A stretch of 64,000 nt of DNA, taken from the NCBI GenBank assembly GCA_963819945.1, contig CAWFYD010000005.1, forward strand, positions 18,374-82,373, written 5' to 3'. Shown here one piece after another: positions 39,410 to 50,544 of this stretch (position 1 is its first letter; every line of letters starts with the position of its first letter). The DNA is from an uncultured Acidimicrobiia bacterium (GTDB lineage: Bacteria; Actinomycetota; Acidimicrobiia; IMCC26256; JAENVU01). A model generated the notes under the pieces. The model made no database searches, was not told where the DNA came from, and saw only the letters and a program-made list of their open reading frames with translations. A program made the position numbers and the translations under genes.

Positions 39410-41095
39410 TTACGAGCGCAGCAGGCGGCCGGCCAGCTCGCCGGTGTGCTCGCCGTGCTCCATGAACACCGCACCGTTGACGATCGTGGCGTCGTAGCCC
39501 GTCGCCCGCTGGACGTACCGGCCGGCTCCCCGGGGGAAGTCGTTGACGTACTCGGGCTGCGGGAGGCGCATGCCGTCGAGGTCGATGACGTTCACGTCGG
39601 CGAACGCCCCCGGACGCAGCACACCCCGATCGACGACCCCGAACAGCTCCGCGGTGTCCGACGTCAGCCGCCGGATCGCCTCACCGATCGGGGCGAGGCC
39701 CCGGTCCCGGATCCAGTACGTGAGGTAGAAGGTCGGCTGGCTCGAGTCCATGATCATCCCGACGTGCGCACCGGCGTCGGCCAGACCGAGGACCGAGTGC
39801 GGGTCACGCAGCATCGTCTCGACGGCTTCCATGTCGTCGTTGAGGAACGGCCAGTTGACGAGGACGTTGCCGTTCCGCTCGTCGACCAGCTGGAGGAACG
39901 CTTCCGCCGGGCTGACCTCACGACGCTTCGCGTGGGCGCCCAGCGTGTCGTCCGGACCGAGGTCGTAGCGCGCATCACCAACGGGGAGGACGTACAGCTC
40001 GTCCATCGGGATCGTCGGCAGACCCTCGGCCGCGGCGACGAGCTCGGCGCGCCGTCCGGGGTCGCGCATGATCCCGACCGTCTCGGCGAGCGACAGGTCC
40101 CGCAGCGCCTTCCACGCCGGGGCGCCGTCGAACGGCGTGCGGCACGACGGACCGAACAGCAGGCCGATGCCCCGGGCGGTCGTCTGCGGTCGCAGGTTCG
40201 CGCCGAGACCGTTCTGCAGCTCCACGGTCTCGAGCGCGTCGGTGTGGATCCCCGGAACCCGCTTGGTCTGGCTCATGCCGAACGTCGCGGGCCGTCCGGT
40301 GCGGCGGCTGATCTCACCGAGCATCGCGACCTCGGCCTGCGTGCGCCGGTCGCCGTCCGGCCCACGCTCGCCGAGCGCGGCCGCCGCTTCGAACACGCCC
40401 CGCTGCCGGTCACCCATCACCTGCGCGATCTCGAGCAGCTCGTGCGGGTCCGCGTGCGTACCCGGGACGACGCGACCATCCGGGACGCGGTGCAGCGCGG
40501 TGCGCGACGTGGAGAAGCCGAGCGCGCCGGCATCGATCGCCTCGGCGACCAGCTCGCACATCGCCGCGACATCCGCCTCGGATGCGGGCTCCTCGTCCAT
40601 CGCCCGCTCACCCATCGCGTGGATGCGGACCGCGCAGTGCCCGACCATCCCGCCGGCGTTGATGCCCTTCGGCATGCGGTCCACCGCGTCGAGGTACTCG
40701 CCGTAGGACTCCCAGTCCCAGGCGAGGCCGTCCATGATCGAGTCGGCCGGGATGTCCTCGACGGACTCCATCATCTCGGCCAGGAATCGCCGGTCCTCCG
40801 GCTTGCAGGGCGCGAACGTGACGCCGCAGTTGCCGAGCACCACCGACGTCACGCCGTGCCAGCAGGACGACGAGCCGATCGGGTCCCACGCGAGCTGCGC
40901 GTCGAGGTGGGTGTGGATGTCGACGAAGCCCGGCGTGACGAGCCGCCCTTCCGCGTCGAGCTCCCGCGTGCCCGACCCGTCGATGTCGCCGACTGCGGTG
41001 ATGCGGTCGCCGTCGATGGCGACGTCCGCGGCGACCGGCTCACTGCCGGTCCCGTCGACGACGTGGCCGTTCCGGATGACGAGATCGTGTGCCAT
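39410..41095 (-). CDS. N-acyl-D-amino-acid deacylase (D-aminoacylase) family amidohydrolase
   Basis: Uninterrupted 561-aa ORF: MAHDLVIRNGHVVDGTG...LVTPGFVDIHTHLD...GVTSVVLGNCG...; the longest undisrupted gene in the window. Confidence 0.85.
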   Translation of the reverse strand: MAHDLVIRNGHVVDGTGSEPVAADVAIDGDRITAVGDIDGSGTRELDAEGRLVTPGFVDIHTHLDAQLAWDPIGSSSCWHGVTSVVLGNCGVTFAPCKPEDRRFLAEMMESVEDIPADSIMDGLAWDWESYGEYLDAVDRMPKGINAGGMVGHCAVRIHAMGERAMDEEPASEADVAAMCELVAEAIDAGALGFSTSRTALHRVPDGRVVPGTHADPHELLEIAQVMGDRQRGVFEAAAALGERGPDGDRRTQAEVAMLGEISRRTGRPATFGMSQTKRVPGIHTDALETVELQNGLGANLRPQTTARGIGLLFGPSCRTPFDGAPAWKALRDLSLAETVGIMRDPGRRAELVAAAEGLPTIPMDELYVLPVGDARYDLGPDDTLGAHAKRREVSPAEAFLQLVDERNGNVLVNWPFLNDDMEAVETMLRDPHSVLGLADAGAHVGMIMDSSQPTFYLTYWIRDRGLAPIGEAIRRLTSDTAELFGVVDRGVLRPGAFADVNVIDLDGMRLPQPEYVNDFPRGAGRYVQRATGYDATIVNGAVFMEHGEHTGELAGRLLRS

Positions 41096-41134
41096 GAGAC
41101 GCTCCCCCGGTTGAGGGGGCCAAGGTACCGCCGA

Positions 41135-42081
41135 TTACGAGAGCCGAGCAGCGCGAGCGGGCACGAAGTGCGGACGTCGGAGCGACCCAGCTACAAAGCG
41201 GCCCCGAGTCCGGAAGAAGGGCTCGACGTCGGCCCGGCTGCGCAGGAAGCGCCCGAGCGCGACCGACACCGTCGTGATCCCACGGGCCGCCAGGTCCGGT
41301 ACCGGCGCGACCGTCGCCTCGAGATCCACCGTGCCGTCCTCGTTCGTCTTCACCGCGAGATTGCTCCGAACCCCGAGGGTCGCCGGATCACGGCCGTGCT
41401 CACGGAATGCGGTGCGCATGCGTTCGATCGTCGCGGTCACGTCGTCGAGCGGGATCGCGAGCGGGAGCCAGCCGTCACCGAGCTCCGCGACGCGCCGAAC
41501 GGTGGCGTCGTTCGCCGCGCCCGGAGAACCAGATGGGGAGCCGGCTCTGGACCGGGCGGGGCTCGCACCAGAGATCGGTGAACGACGACGGTGTCCGAGG
41601 CGAACGAGACCGGCGGATCCGTCTCCCACAGCGCCCGGCACGCCCGCACCGCGTCCTCCATCCGCGCGGTGCGCCCGACGAACGGCAGCCCCGGATCGGT
41701 GAACTCCTCGCGCTGCCAGCCGGTGCCGATCCCGAGGTCGACCCGGCCGCGGGACAGGACGTCGATCGTCGCGACGGCCTTGGCGATCTCCAGCGCGGGC
41801 CGCACCGGAGCGATCAGCACTCCCGTCCCCAGCCGCACCCGGCTGGTCGCGGCCGCGAACGCGGCGAGCGTCGCCAGCGGCTCGAGCCACGGCTCATCCG
41901 GCGGGTACGGGAACTTCGGCGCGAACGGATAGCGGTCGGTGCGGGGCCCGATGGCGAGATGGTCCGTCATCACGATCTGGTGGATGCCGGCCTCGTCGGC
42001 GATCCGGGCGACGTCGACCACTGCGGCCAGATCGTCGCCGAACAGCCGCGACAGCCCCGAGACCGTCACCGAGATCTGCAT
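41135..42081 (-). pseudogene. LLM-class F420/flavin-dependent oxidoreductase, 1-2 frame switches
   Basis: ATG 42081 MQISVTVSGL...SRGRVDLGIGTGWQREEF (tail of ORF 41437..43386) joins ANDATVRRVAELGDGWLPLAIP... (ORF 41135..41890). Exact 3' end uncertain. Confidence 0.7.
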
Positions 42082-42159
42082 TGCCGGCTCCACCGCCTCT
42101 AGGTTTCGCGCCTCTAGCGTCAACGCCTCCGGCGCCCGCCGGGATCCTAGGAGGAGTGC

Positions 42160-42936
42160 ATGGCTCGGCTCGACGGCAAGGTGGCGCTGATCACCGGCGC
42201 GGGAAACGGCATGGGTCGCTGCGCGGCCGAGCTGTTCGCCGGCGAGGGTGCCCGCATCGTGGTCGCCGACTTCGACGAGACGCTCGGCGCCGAGTCCGTC
42301 GCCGCGATCGAGGATGCCGGCGGCGAGGCGGCGTTCGTCAAGGTCGACGTGGCCGACGACGAGCAGGTGGCCGGGATGATCGCGTTCGCGGTCCAGCGCT
42401 TCGGCGGCCTGCACGTCCTCTACAACAACGCCGGGATCTTCCCGGCGGACGACGGCGGGGTCACCGAGACGCCCGAGTCGACGTGGGAACGGGTGATGGA
42501 CGTCAACCTCAAGGGCGTCTGGCTCGGCTGCAAGCACGGCATCCCCGCGATGCTCGACTCGGGCGGCGGGTCGATCGTCAACGTCGCGTCGTTCGTGGCG
42601 ATCGTCGGCGCGGCGACCGCGCAGATCGCGTACACCGCGAGCAAGGGCGGCGTGCTCTCGATGACCCGGGAGATCGCGGTCGAGTACGCCCGCCGGGGCA
42701 TCCGGGCGAACTCGCTCTGCCCCGGCCCGATCGCCACGCCGATGCTCGAAGAGCTGATGAGCGATCCGGCGCGGCGCGAGCGGCGCATGGTGCACATCCC
42801 GATGGGCCGCCTCGGTCAGGCCGAAGAGCTGGCGCAGGCCGCGCTGTTCCTCGCGTCGGACGAGTCGTCGTTCATGACCGGCGCGTCGCTCGTCGTCGAC
42901 GGTGGGATCACCGCCGCGTACGTGACCCCCGAGTGA
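42160..42936 (+). CDS. SDR family oxidoreductase
   Basis: Uninterrupted 258-aa ORF with TGAGNGMG, NNAG and YTASKGG. Confidence 0.85.
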   Translation: MARLDGKVALITGAGNGMGRCAAELFAGEGARIVVADFDETLGAESVAAIEDAGGEAAFVKVDVADDEQVAGMIAFAVQRFGGLHVLYNNAGIFPADDGGVTETPESTWERVMDVNLKGVWLGCKHGIPAMLDSGGGSIVNVASFVAIVGAATAQIAYTASKGGVLSMTREIAVEYARRGIRANSLCPGPIATPMLEELMSDPARRERRMVHIPMGRLGQAEELAQAALFLASDESSFMTGASLVVDGGITAAYVTPE

Positions 42937-42951
42937 GGCACGTGAGCCGCC

Positions 42952-43882
42952 GTGAGCCCAGCCGATCCCGTCGAGATCGTCCGGCGCGTCCCCGGCTGGG
43001 CCGGTCGCGCCCGGGTGCTCGGTCCGCTCGACGGTGGGATCACCAACCGCAACTTCCTGGTCGAGGTCGGCGACGATCGCTTCGTCCTGCGCGTCCCCGG
43101 GCGTGGACACCCACCTGCTCGAGATCGACCGCCGGGTCGAACGCGAAGCGAACGCGCGCGCCGCGGGCCTCGGGTTCGCGCCGGAGGTCGTGGCGTTCAT
43201 CGAGCCCGAGGGCTTTCTCGTCACCCGCTTCGTCGACGGCGACCCGCTGCCCCAGCGCGACATGACCGAGCCCGAGGTGCTCACCCGCATCGCCACGATG
43301 CTGCGCCAGTTCCACGACTTCGGCCCGATGGCCGGCGAGTTCGACGCGTTCCGGGTCCCGGCCCGCCACCTCACCGCCGCCCGCACCCGCGCCGTGCCCG
43401 ATCCCGGACGCGTACCGGATCGTCGAGGACCTCGTGCAGGAGATCGCCGCCGCGTTCGCCGAGTCGCCCGACCCGCGCGTCCCGTGCCACAACGACCTGC
43501 TCAACGCGAACTTCCTGCGCGACGGCGACCAGCTCTGGCTGCTCGACTGGGAGTACGCCGGGATGAACGACCGGTACTTCGACCTCGCGAACCTGGCCGT
43601 CAACAACGGGTTCCAACGCCGACGCGGAGGTCGCGCTCGTCGAGGCGTACTTCGGCGCGGTGACCGAGCGCCGGCTCGCCCGGCTCCGGCTGATGAAGAT
43701 CGTGAGCGACGCCCGGGAGGCCACGTGGGGGCTCGTGCAGCAGGGCATCAGCGTCATCGACTTCGACTACGTGGCGTACGCGCAACAGCACCTCGACCGG
43801 CTGCTCGCGAACGCCGCCGCGCCCGACTACCGCGACCTGCTGCTCGCGGCCGCGGCCGCCGGACGACGACGCGACGCAGTGA
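42952..43882 (+). pseudogene. Choline/ethanolamine kinase-like phosphotransferase (APH fold), about four frame switches
   Basis: GTG 42952; LDGGITNRNFLVEVGDDRFVLRVPG; PCHNDLLNANFL...LLDWEYAGMNDRYFDLAN (ORF 43434..). As assembled it runs in frame into the next gene; end set at the TGA of the GTGA at 43879-43882. Confidence 0.6.
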
Positions 43883-46343
43883 AGGACCAGGCGCAGGTCG
43901 TCATCATCGGCGGTGGCGTCGCCGGCGCGAGCATCGCCTGGCACCTCGCGCACGCGGGCTGCACCGACGTGCTGCTGGTCGAGCGGGCCGAGATCACGAG
44001 CGGGTCGACGTTCCACTCGGCCGGCCTCGTCGGCCAGCTGCGGGCGCAGCCTGCCGCTGACCCGCATGATGATGCACAGCGTCGACGTCTACCGGCGGCT
44101 GCAGGCCGAGGCCGAGGAGACCGGCCGCTCGCCCGGGTTGGACGCGAGGTCGGGTCGCTGCGGATCGCGTCGACGCCCGAGCGCGCATGGAGGAGCTCAC
44201 CCGCCAGCACGGCTGGGCGAAGACGTTCGGGCTCCCGATGGAGCTGCTCGGCGCGAGCGAGGCCCAGCGAGCGGTTCCCGCTGATGGACCCGGCCGGCGT
44301 GCTCGGCGCGGTGTGGCTCCCGACCGACGGCCACCTCGACCCGAGCGGCCTCACCTACGCGTTCATCGGCGGGGCGAAGGCACTCGGGGTGGCCGTCGAG
44401 ACCGGCGTTCGCGTCACCGACATCCTCGTCGAGCGGCGGACGGGCCGTCGGCGTCGTCACCGACCACGGGACGGTGCGGGCCGAGACCGTCGTCGCGGCG
44501 TGCGGGATGTACACGCCGCAGGTCGCGGCGTTCGCCGGCGTCAACGTGCCGATCGTCCCGATGGCGCACCAGTACCTGATCACCGAGCCGCTCGACGGCG
44601 TCCCCGACGACCTCCCGCAGCTCCGCGACCCCGACCGGCTCGTCTACTTCCGCCGCGAGTCCGGTGGGCTCGTCGTCGGTGGGTACGAGCGCGATCCGGC
44701 GCCGTGGTCGGTCGACGGCGTTCCCGAGGACTTCAACAACAAGCTGCTGCAGGAGGACTGGGACCGCTTCGCGCCGCTCATGAGCCAACGCGTGCGAGCG
44801 CGTGCCCGCGGTCGAGCACGCGCCGATCGTGTCGCTCGTCAACGGTCCGGAAGCGTTCACCCCGGACAACGAGTTCATCCTCGGCGAGAGCGAGGTGCAC
44901 GGGTTCTTCGTCGCGGCCGGGTTCTGCGCCCACGGGATCGCGGGTGCGGGCGGCGTCGGCCGGGTGATGGCCGAGTGGATCCTCGACGGCGAGCCGAGCT
45001 TCGACACCTGGCGCATGGACATCCGCCGGTTCGGCGCGCAGTACCGCAGCCGCGAGCTCGACCCTCGCCCGGTCGGTCGAGGTGTACTCGACCTACTACG
45101 ACATCCACTACCCGAACGAGGAGCGGCACGCGGGCCGGCCGCTGCGGCGCTCCCCCGCGTACGACCGGCTCGCCGCACTCGGCTGCGCGTTCGGCGAGAA
45201 GAGCATGTGGGAGCGACCGAACTGGTTCGAGCCGAACGCGGTCCGCGGCGACGAGCATGCTGCGCCCGCGCGGTTGGGCCGGCGAGCACTGGAGCCCGGC
45301 GATCGTCGCCGAGGCGCTCGCGTGCCGCGACACCGCCGCGCTCTTCGACGAGACCAGCTTCTCGAAGCTGGAGCTCTCCGGGCCGGGCGCGGTCGCGTTC
45401 CTGAACCGGCTGTGCGGCCAACGAGATGGACCAGCCGGTCGGCTCGGTGATCTACACCCAGCTCTGCAACGAGCGCGGGCGGCATCGAGTGCGACCTCAC
45501 CGCGACCCGGCTGGACGCGCCAGCGCTACCTGCTCGTCACCGGGACCGCGTTCGGCCAGCCACGACCTCGGCTGGGTGCGCAAGCAGCAGGAGCTGCTGC
45601 CCGAGGGCGACGCGGTCGACGGCCGTGGACGTCACGTCGAGCTACGCGTGCTTCGGGCTCTGGGGTCCGGCGCGCGCGCGAGATCCTCGCGCCGCTCACC
45701 CGCGCCGACCTCGGCAACGACGCGTTCCCGTACCTGAGCGCGCAGCGGATCACCGTCGGGCGCGTACCCGGTCATCGCGCTGCGGGTCACGTTCGTCGGC
45801 GAGCTCGGCTGGGAGCTGTACTGCCCGACCGAGTACGGCACCGCGTTGTGGGACGAGCTCTGGGACGCGGGCGCGCCGCACGGGATGCTCGCCGGCGGCT
45901 ACCGCGCGATCGACGCGCTGCGGGTCGAGAAGGGCTACCGCGTCTGGTCGAGCGACATCACGCCCGAGGACAACCCGTTCCAGGCCGGGCTCGGCTTCGC
46001 GGTGAAGCTCGACAAGGCACACGACTTCGTCGGGCGTGACGCGCTGCGCGCGGTGAAGGCGCAACGGCGTCGACCGCCGCCTGCGCTGCGTGCGCCTGGC
46101 CGATCCGCTCGCGGTGCCGCTCGGCTCGGAGCCGGTGCGGGTCGACGGCGAGATCGTCGGCCGGGTCACGAGCGGCGGCTCGGGATACCGGGTCGGTGCC
46201 GCCATCGGGTTCGCGTACCTCCCCGCCGACGAAGGCGGAGATCGGCCGGCCGGTGGAGATCGAGGTGTTCGGCGAGTGGATCGCCGCCGAGGTCGTGGCC
46301 GAGCCGCTCTGGGATCCACAGCGGCGAGCGCATCCGCGCCTGA
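43879..46343 (+). pseudogene. FAD-dependent dimethylglycine/sarcosine dehydrogenase-like oxidoreductase with C-terminal GcvT-type folate-binding domain, about ten frame switches
   Basis: GTG 43879 VKDQAQVVIIGGGVAGASIAWHL...SGSTFHSAGLVGQLR; PMAHQYLITEPL; FCAHGIAGAGGVG; GYRAIDALRVEKGYRVWSSDITPEDNPFQAGLGFAVKLDK; pieces in ORFs 43660.., 44474.., 44802.., 45082.., 45846.., 46090... Confidence 0.7.
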
Positions 46344-46423
46344 TCCGCACCGCCGCGAATAGCCTGAGCCGCCGTCGGCCCCTGGACCGCCCTGGCACGA
46401 TCGGCCAGATAGCCTGCAGACCG

Positions 46424-47807
46424 ATGACGACCGGAATGCTCGACCCCCAGGCGCTCGAGACCCTGATCCGCAACGGCAGCGTCGACACCGTGCTCGTCGT
46501 GTTCACCGACCTGCAGGGCCGCCTGATCGGCAAGCGGGTGACGGGCCACTTCTACCTGGACCACGTGGCGTCCGGTGAGGGCGCGATCGAGGCCTGCGTC
46601 TACCTGCTCGCGGTCGACGTCGACATGACGCCGCTCCCCGGCTTCGACTACGCCAACTGGGAGACCGGCTACGGCGACTTCCGCTGCGTGCCGGATCCGT
46701 CGACCCTGCGCATCATCCCGTGGCTCGAGAAGACCGCGCTCGTGCTCTGCGACCTCGTACGACGAGGAGAGCGGCGAGCCGGTCGAGGTGTCACCCCGCC
46801 AGATCCTGATCAAGCCAGGTCGAACGAGCCGCGGCGCTCGGCTACCGCGTGATGTGCGCGTCGGAGCTCGAGTTCTTCCTCTTCCAGGAGTCCTACGAGG
46901 AAGCGCAGGCGAAGCAGTTCCAGAACCTCACGCCGCACTCCGGCTTCATCGAGGACTACCACATCCTCCAGACGACCCGCGACGAGTACCTGATCCGCCA
47001 GATCCGCAACGGCATGGACGGCGCGGGGGTGCCGGTCGAGTTCTCGAAGGGTGAGGCGGGCAAGGGTCAGCACGAGATCAACCTGCGCTACTCCGACGCG
47101 GTGACGATGGCCGACCGCCACGTCATCTACAAGAACGGCGCGAAGGAGATCGCGGGCATCAACGGCCGCTCGCTCACGTTCATGGCGAAGTACTCGATGG
47201 ACGACGTCGGGTCGTCGTGCCACGTGCACTCGAGCCTCTGGAACGCGCGACGGCACCGAGTCGCTCATGTGGCAGGAAGACGGGCCCGGACCACATGTCC
47301 CCCGCGTTCCGCGGTTGGCTCGGCGGCCTCGTCGCGACGGGCCGCGAGCTCGCGTGGATGTTCGCCCCGACCGTCAACTCCTACAAGCGCTACCAGCCCG
47401 AGTCGTGGGCGCCGACCGCGCTCGCGTGGGGCCGGGACAACCGCACCTGCGGGTTCCGCCTGGTCGGGCACGGCCAGGGATTCCGGATCGAGTCCCGCAT
47501 CCCCGGCGCGGACTGCAACCCGTACCTCGCGTTCGCGGCGACGATCGCCGCCGGGCTGCACGGCATCGAGAACAAGATCGAACCGCCACCGATGCTCGTC
47601 GGCAACGCGTACGAGGCGCCCGACATCCCGCACGTCCCGTGGAACATCGTCGACGCGATCAACGAGTTCGAGCGCAGCGAGGTCGCCCACGCCGCGTTCG
47701 GCGAGGCCGTGCACCGCCACCTCGTGCATGCCGCCCGCCAGGAGTGGGCCGTCTTCAACCAGGCGGTCACGGACTGGGAGCTGCGCCGCAACTTCGAGCA
47801 GTTCTGA
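46424..47807 (+). pseudogene. Glutamine synthetase family protein (gamma-glutamyl-amine synthetase type, PuuA/GlnA3-4-like), about three frame switches
   Basis: ATG 46424 MTTGMLDPQALETLIRNGSVDTVLVVFTDLQGRL; ASELEFFLF...FSKGEAGKGQHEINLRY (ORF 46849..); NSYKRYQPESWAP...RIESRIPGADCNPYLA (ORF 47217..47807). Confidence 0.75.
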
Positions 47808-47809
47808 TC

Positions 47810-48548
47810 GTGACGAAGAAGCCGCTGATCGCGGTGCCCGCGTACCCCGTTCGTCCCGGACGGATCGAGGGTTGGCTCGACGGCGGCGTCGCGGTGCCCG
47901 AGCCGTACATCGCCGCGTTGAAGCGCGCCGGCGCGCAGGAAGCGATCCTGATGCCCGACGAGATCGGCCCGCTCGACGCCGAGGACCTCCTCGGCCACTT
48001 CGACGGACTGCTGCTGCTCGGCGGACCGGACCTCGATCCGTCGACCTACGGCGCCGAGCCCGACGTCCACCTCTACGGCGTGAACCAGACCCGGGACATC
48101 TTCGAGCTCGCGCTCGATGCGCGTCGCGCTCGAGCGGGGCATGCCGACGCTCGCGATCTGTCGCGGCGCGCAGCTGCTCAACGTCGCGCTCGGCGGCTCG
48201 CTGGATCAGCACATCACCGGCCGCGCCGGGCTGATCGGCCACGGCATCCCCGGCGTCGAGGGTGGCGCCGCGCTGCACGACCTCGAGCTCGAGCCCGGAC
48301 TCCCGGCTCGCCAAGGCGATGGGCACGACGCACGCGGAGTGCTCGTCGCACCACCACCAGGCGGTCGACCGGATGGGCGCGGGGCTCCGGCTGACGGCGC
48401 GCGCGCCGGACGGGATCGTCGAGGGCATCGAGCTCGACGGCGACCCGTGGATCGTCGGCGCGCAGTGGCACCCCGAGGACACCGCGGGACGCGATCCCGT
48501 GCAGCAGGCGCTCTTCGACACGTTCGTGCGCGAGGCGACGCCGCGTGA
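47810..48548 (+). pseudogene. Gamma-glutamyl-GABA hydrolase-like class I glutamine amidotransferase (PuuD/peptidase C26-like), two frame switches; 3' end uncertain
   Basis: GTG 47810, 2 nt after the GS stop. KKPLIAVPAYP...GLLLLGGPDLDPSTYG (frame of ORF 47267..), PTLAICRGAQLLNVALGGSL (ORF 48117..), SSHHHQAVDRMG...GAQWHPE (ORF 48262..). Confidence 0.65.
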
Positions 48549-49082
48549 TCGAGATCCTCCGGTCATCGAGACCGAGCGGCTCCGGCTGCGGCCGTGGCGC
48601 GACGACGACCTCGACGCGTACGCCGCGCTCTGCGCCGATCCCGAGGTCATGCGGTGGCACGGCGCGCAGGGCGACCCGCTGACCCGGGCCCAGGCGGCCG
48701 AGCAGATGGAGAGCTTCCGCCGGCTCTGGGACGACGACGGGTTCGGCCTCTGGTGCGCGGCGCCGAAGGACACCGACGAGTGCATCGGGTTCATCGGGCT
48801 GGCGATTCCCCGCTTCCTCCCCGAGATCCTCCCGTGCGTCGAGATCGGCTGGCGGCTCGCCCGCGTCGTCGTGGGGCCAGGGCCTCGCGACGGAGGGCGC
48901 CCGCCAGGTCGTCCCCTTCGCGTTCGACACCGCTCGGCCTGGACCGGATCGTGAGCGTCACCCGGCCCGAGAACCGCAGCTCCTGGAACGTGATGCAGAA
49001 GCTCGGCATGACGATGGAGCGCACGACCATCCACCCGGAGCACCAATTCGACGTGGTGGTCTACGAGCTGTTCGCACCGTGA
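48526..49082 (+). pseudogene. GNAT family N-acetyltransferase (RimJ/RimL-like), 1-2 frame switches; start tentative
   Basis: VIETERLRLRPWRDDDLDAYAALCADPEVMRW...GFIGLA (ORF 48262..) joins LGLDRIVSVTRPENRSSWNVMQKLGMTMERT (ORF 48594..49082). The only in-frame start candidate is GTG 48526. Confidence 0.6.
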
Positions 49083-49787
49083 GGGCGCCGCTGATGGACC
49101 GGGTCACCGAGCCGGAGCTGATGGTCGACGACGACCAGGCGCTCGCGTACTCCGAAGCCGACTTCGCCGAGTCGCACCAGGCGGCCGTCACCCGCTTCGC
49201 CGAAGCGTTCCCCGACTTCCGCTCCGGCCGCATGCTCGACCTCGCGTGCGGACCGGCCGACATCACCGTCCGGTTCGCCCGCGCGTATCCGGAGACGACG
49301 ATCGTCGGGCTCGAGGGCTCGCCGGCGATGCTCGCGCTCGGCGTGCAGCGGCTGCGCGCGCGAGGGACTCGACCGCCAGATCTCGTTCGCGCACCGCGTG
49401 CTGCCGGATCCGGATCTCGCGCGAGCTCGGGCGGTTCGACGCGGTGGTGTGCACGAACTCGCTGCACCACTTCCACGACCCGGCGGTCGCTCTGGGACGC
49501 GATCGGCGTCGGCCGCGGCGCCGGGCGCGCCGGTGTTCGTCCAGGACCTCATGCGCCCGGAGTCGCCTGCCGCGGCCCAGGCGCTCGTCGACCAGTACGC
49601 GCCCGGCGAGCCCGAGGTGCTCCGCCGCGACTTCTACAACTCGCTGCTGCGCCGCGTTCACCCCGGCCGAGGTCGCCGAGCCAGCTGCGCGGCCGCCGGC
49701 TTCGACGGCTTCACCGTCCAACCCGTCACCGACCGCCACCTGACCGTCACCGGCCGCGCCCCCTCGCTCAGATGGAGTCGGGGTTGA
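49079..49787 (+). pseudogene. Class I SAM-dependent methyltransferase, about three frame switches
   Basis: GTG 49079 overlaps the GNAT TGA (GTGA). RMLDLACGPADITVRFA...; FDAVVCTNSLHHFHDP (ORF 49246..); VFVQDLMRPES...GFDGFTVQPVTDRHLTVTG (ORF 49398..49787). Confidence 0.6.
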
Positions 49788-50534
49788 TCTGGGCGTCGAT
49801 GCCGCCGTCGACGAAGACGATGCTGCCGTGGATGTAGGCCGCCGCCGGTGACAGGAGGAACTCGATCACCGCGGCCACCTCGTCCGGCTCGCCGATCCGG
49901 CCCGTCGGCACCGGCAGCGCGTCGATGAACTGCCCGAGCACCGGATGGTCGCGACCACCCTGGAGCAACGGGCTCTCGAAGGGACCGGGCGCCACCGCGT
50001 TCACCCGCACTCCGGCCGCGCCCCATTCCGTGACGCGCCGCCGGACCGTCCGGGCGACGCCGACCTTGGTCGACGCGTAGACCGTCCAGCCCTCGAGCTC
50101 GTCCGCCCGGGCCCGCGCCGCGGCTTCGTCGGCTGCGACACACGCGCCGACCAGCACCGCGTCGACCGTCGGGTCGATCGTGGTGGAGTTCGACGAGATC
50201 GCGACCGCCGCGGCATCGGTCCCGCGCGCCAGCGCGCCGAAGAGCCCGTCCAGCGTCGCCAGGAACCCGAAGTAGTTCACCGACGCGATCAGCGCGTGAT
50301 CGGGAACCTGCGGCCCGAGCCCGCGCACGGCACGAGGCCGTCGAGCACACCTCCGCTCGCGTCGAGCACCCCCGCGATCGCCGCGTCGCGCCCCTCGGCC
50401 GACGACAGATCGGCCACCACCTCTGCGTCGCGCAGGTCGACGCCGATGACGCGCGCCCCGCCGGCTTCCAACCGGGTCCGCACCGCGGCACCCAGACCCG
50501 ACGCCGAACCGGTGATCGCGATGGTGCGCGTCAT
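49768..50534 (-). pseudogene. SDR family oxidoreductase, one frame switch near 50320
   Basis: ATG 50534 MTRTIAITGSASGLGAAV (ORF 50289..50642) joins ORF 49768..50328 (YASTKVG...VNAVAPGP...GSIVFVDGG). Confidence 0.7.
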
Positions 50535-50544
50535 CTGGGTGCCG

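Noticed and set aside
43860-43885. Apparent in-frame fusion of the choline-kinase-like gene with the DMGDH-like gene (single ORF 43660..44967).
   Set aside because: The junction contains GTGA (43879-43882), the usual overlapping stop/start. The kinase C-terminus has already changed frame several times, so the fusion is most simply a frame-switch artefact. A true fusion cannot be excluded without corrected sequence.
48500-48560. Apparent fusion of the PuuD-like amidotransferase with the GNAT acetyltransferase (ORF 48262..48954).
   Set aside because: Same situation as the kinase/DMGDH junction. A TGA at 48546-48548 closes the alternative frame, and an in-frame GTG at 48526 could start the GNAT. 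The boundaries given are tentative.
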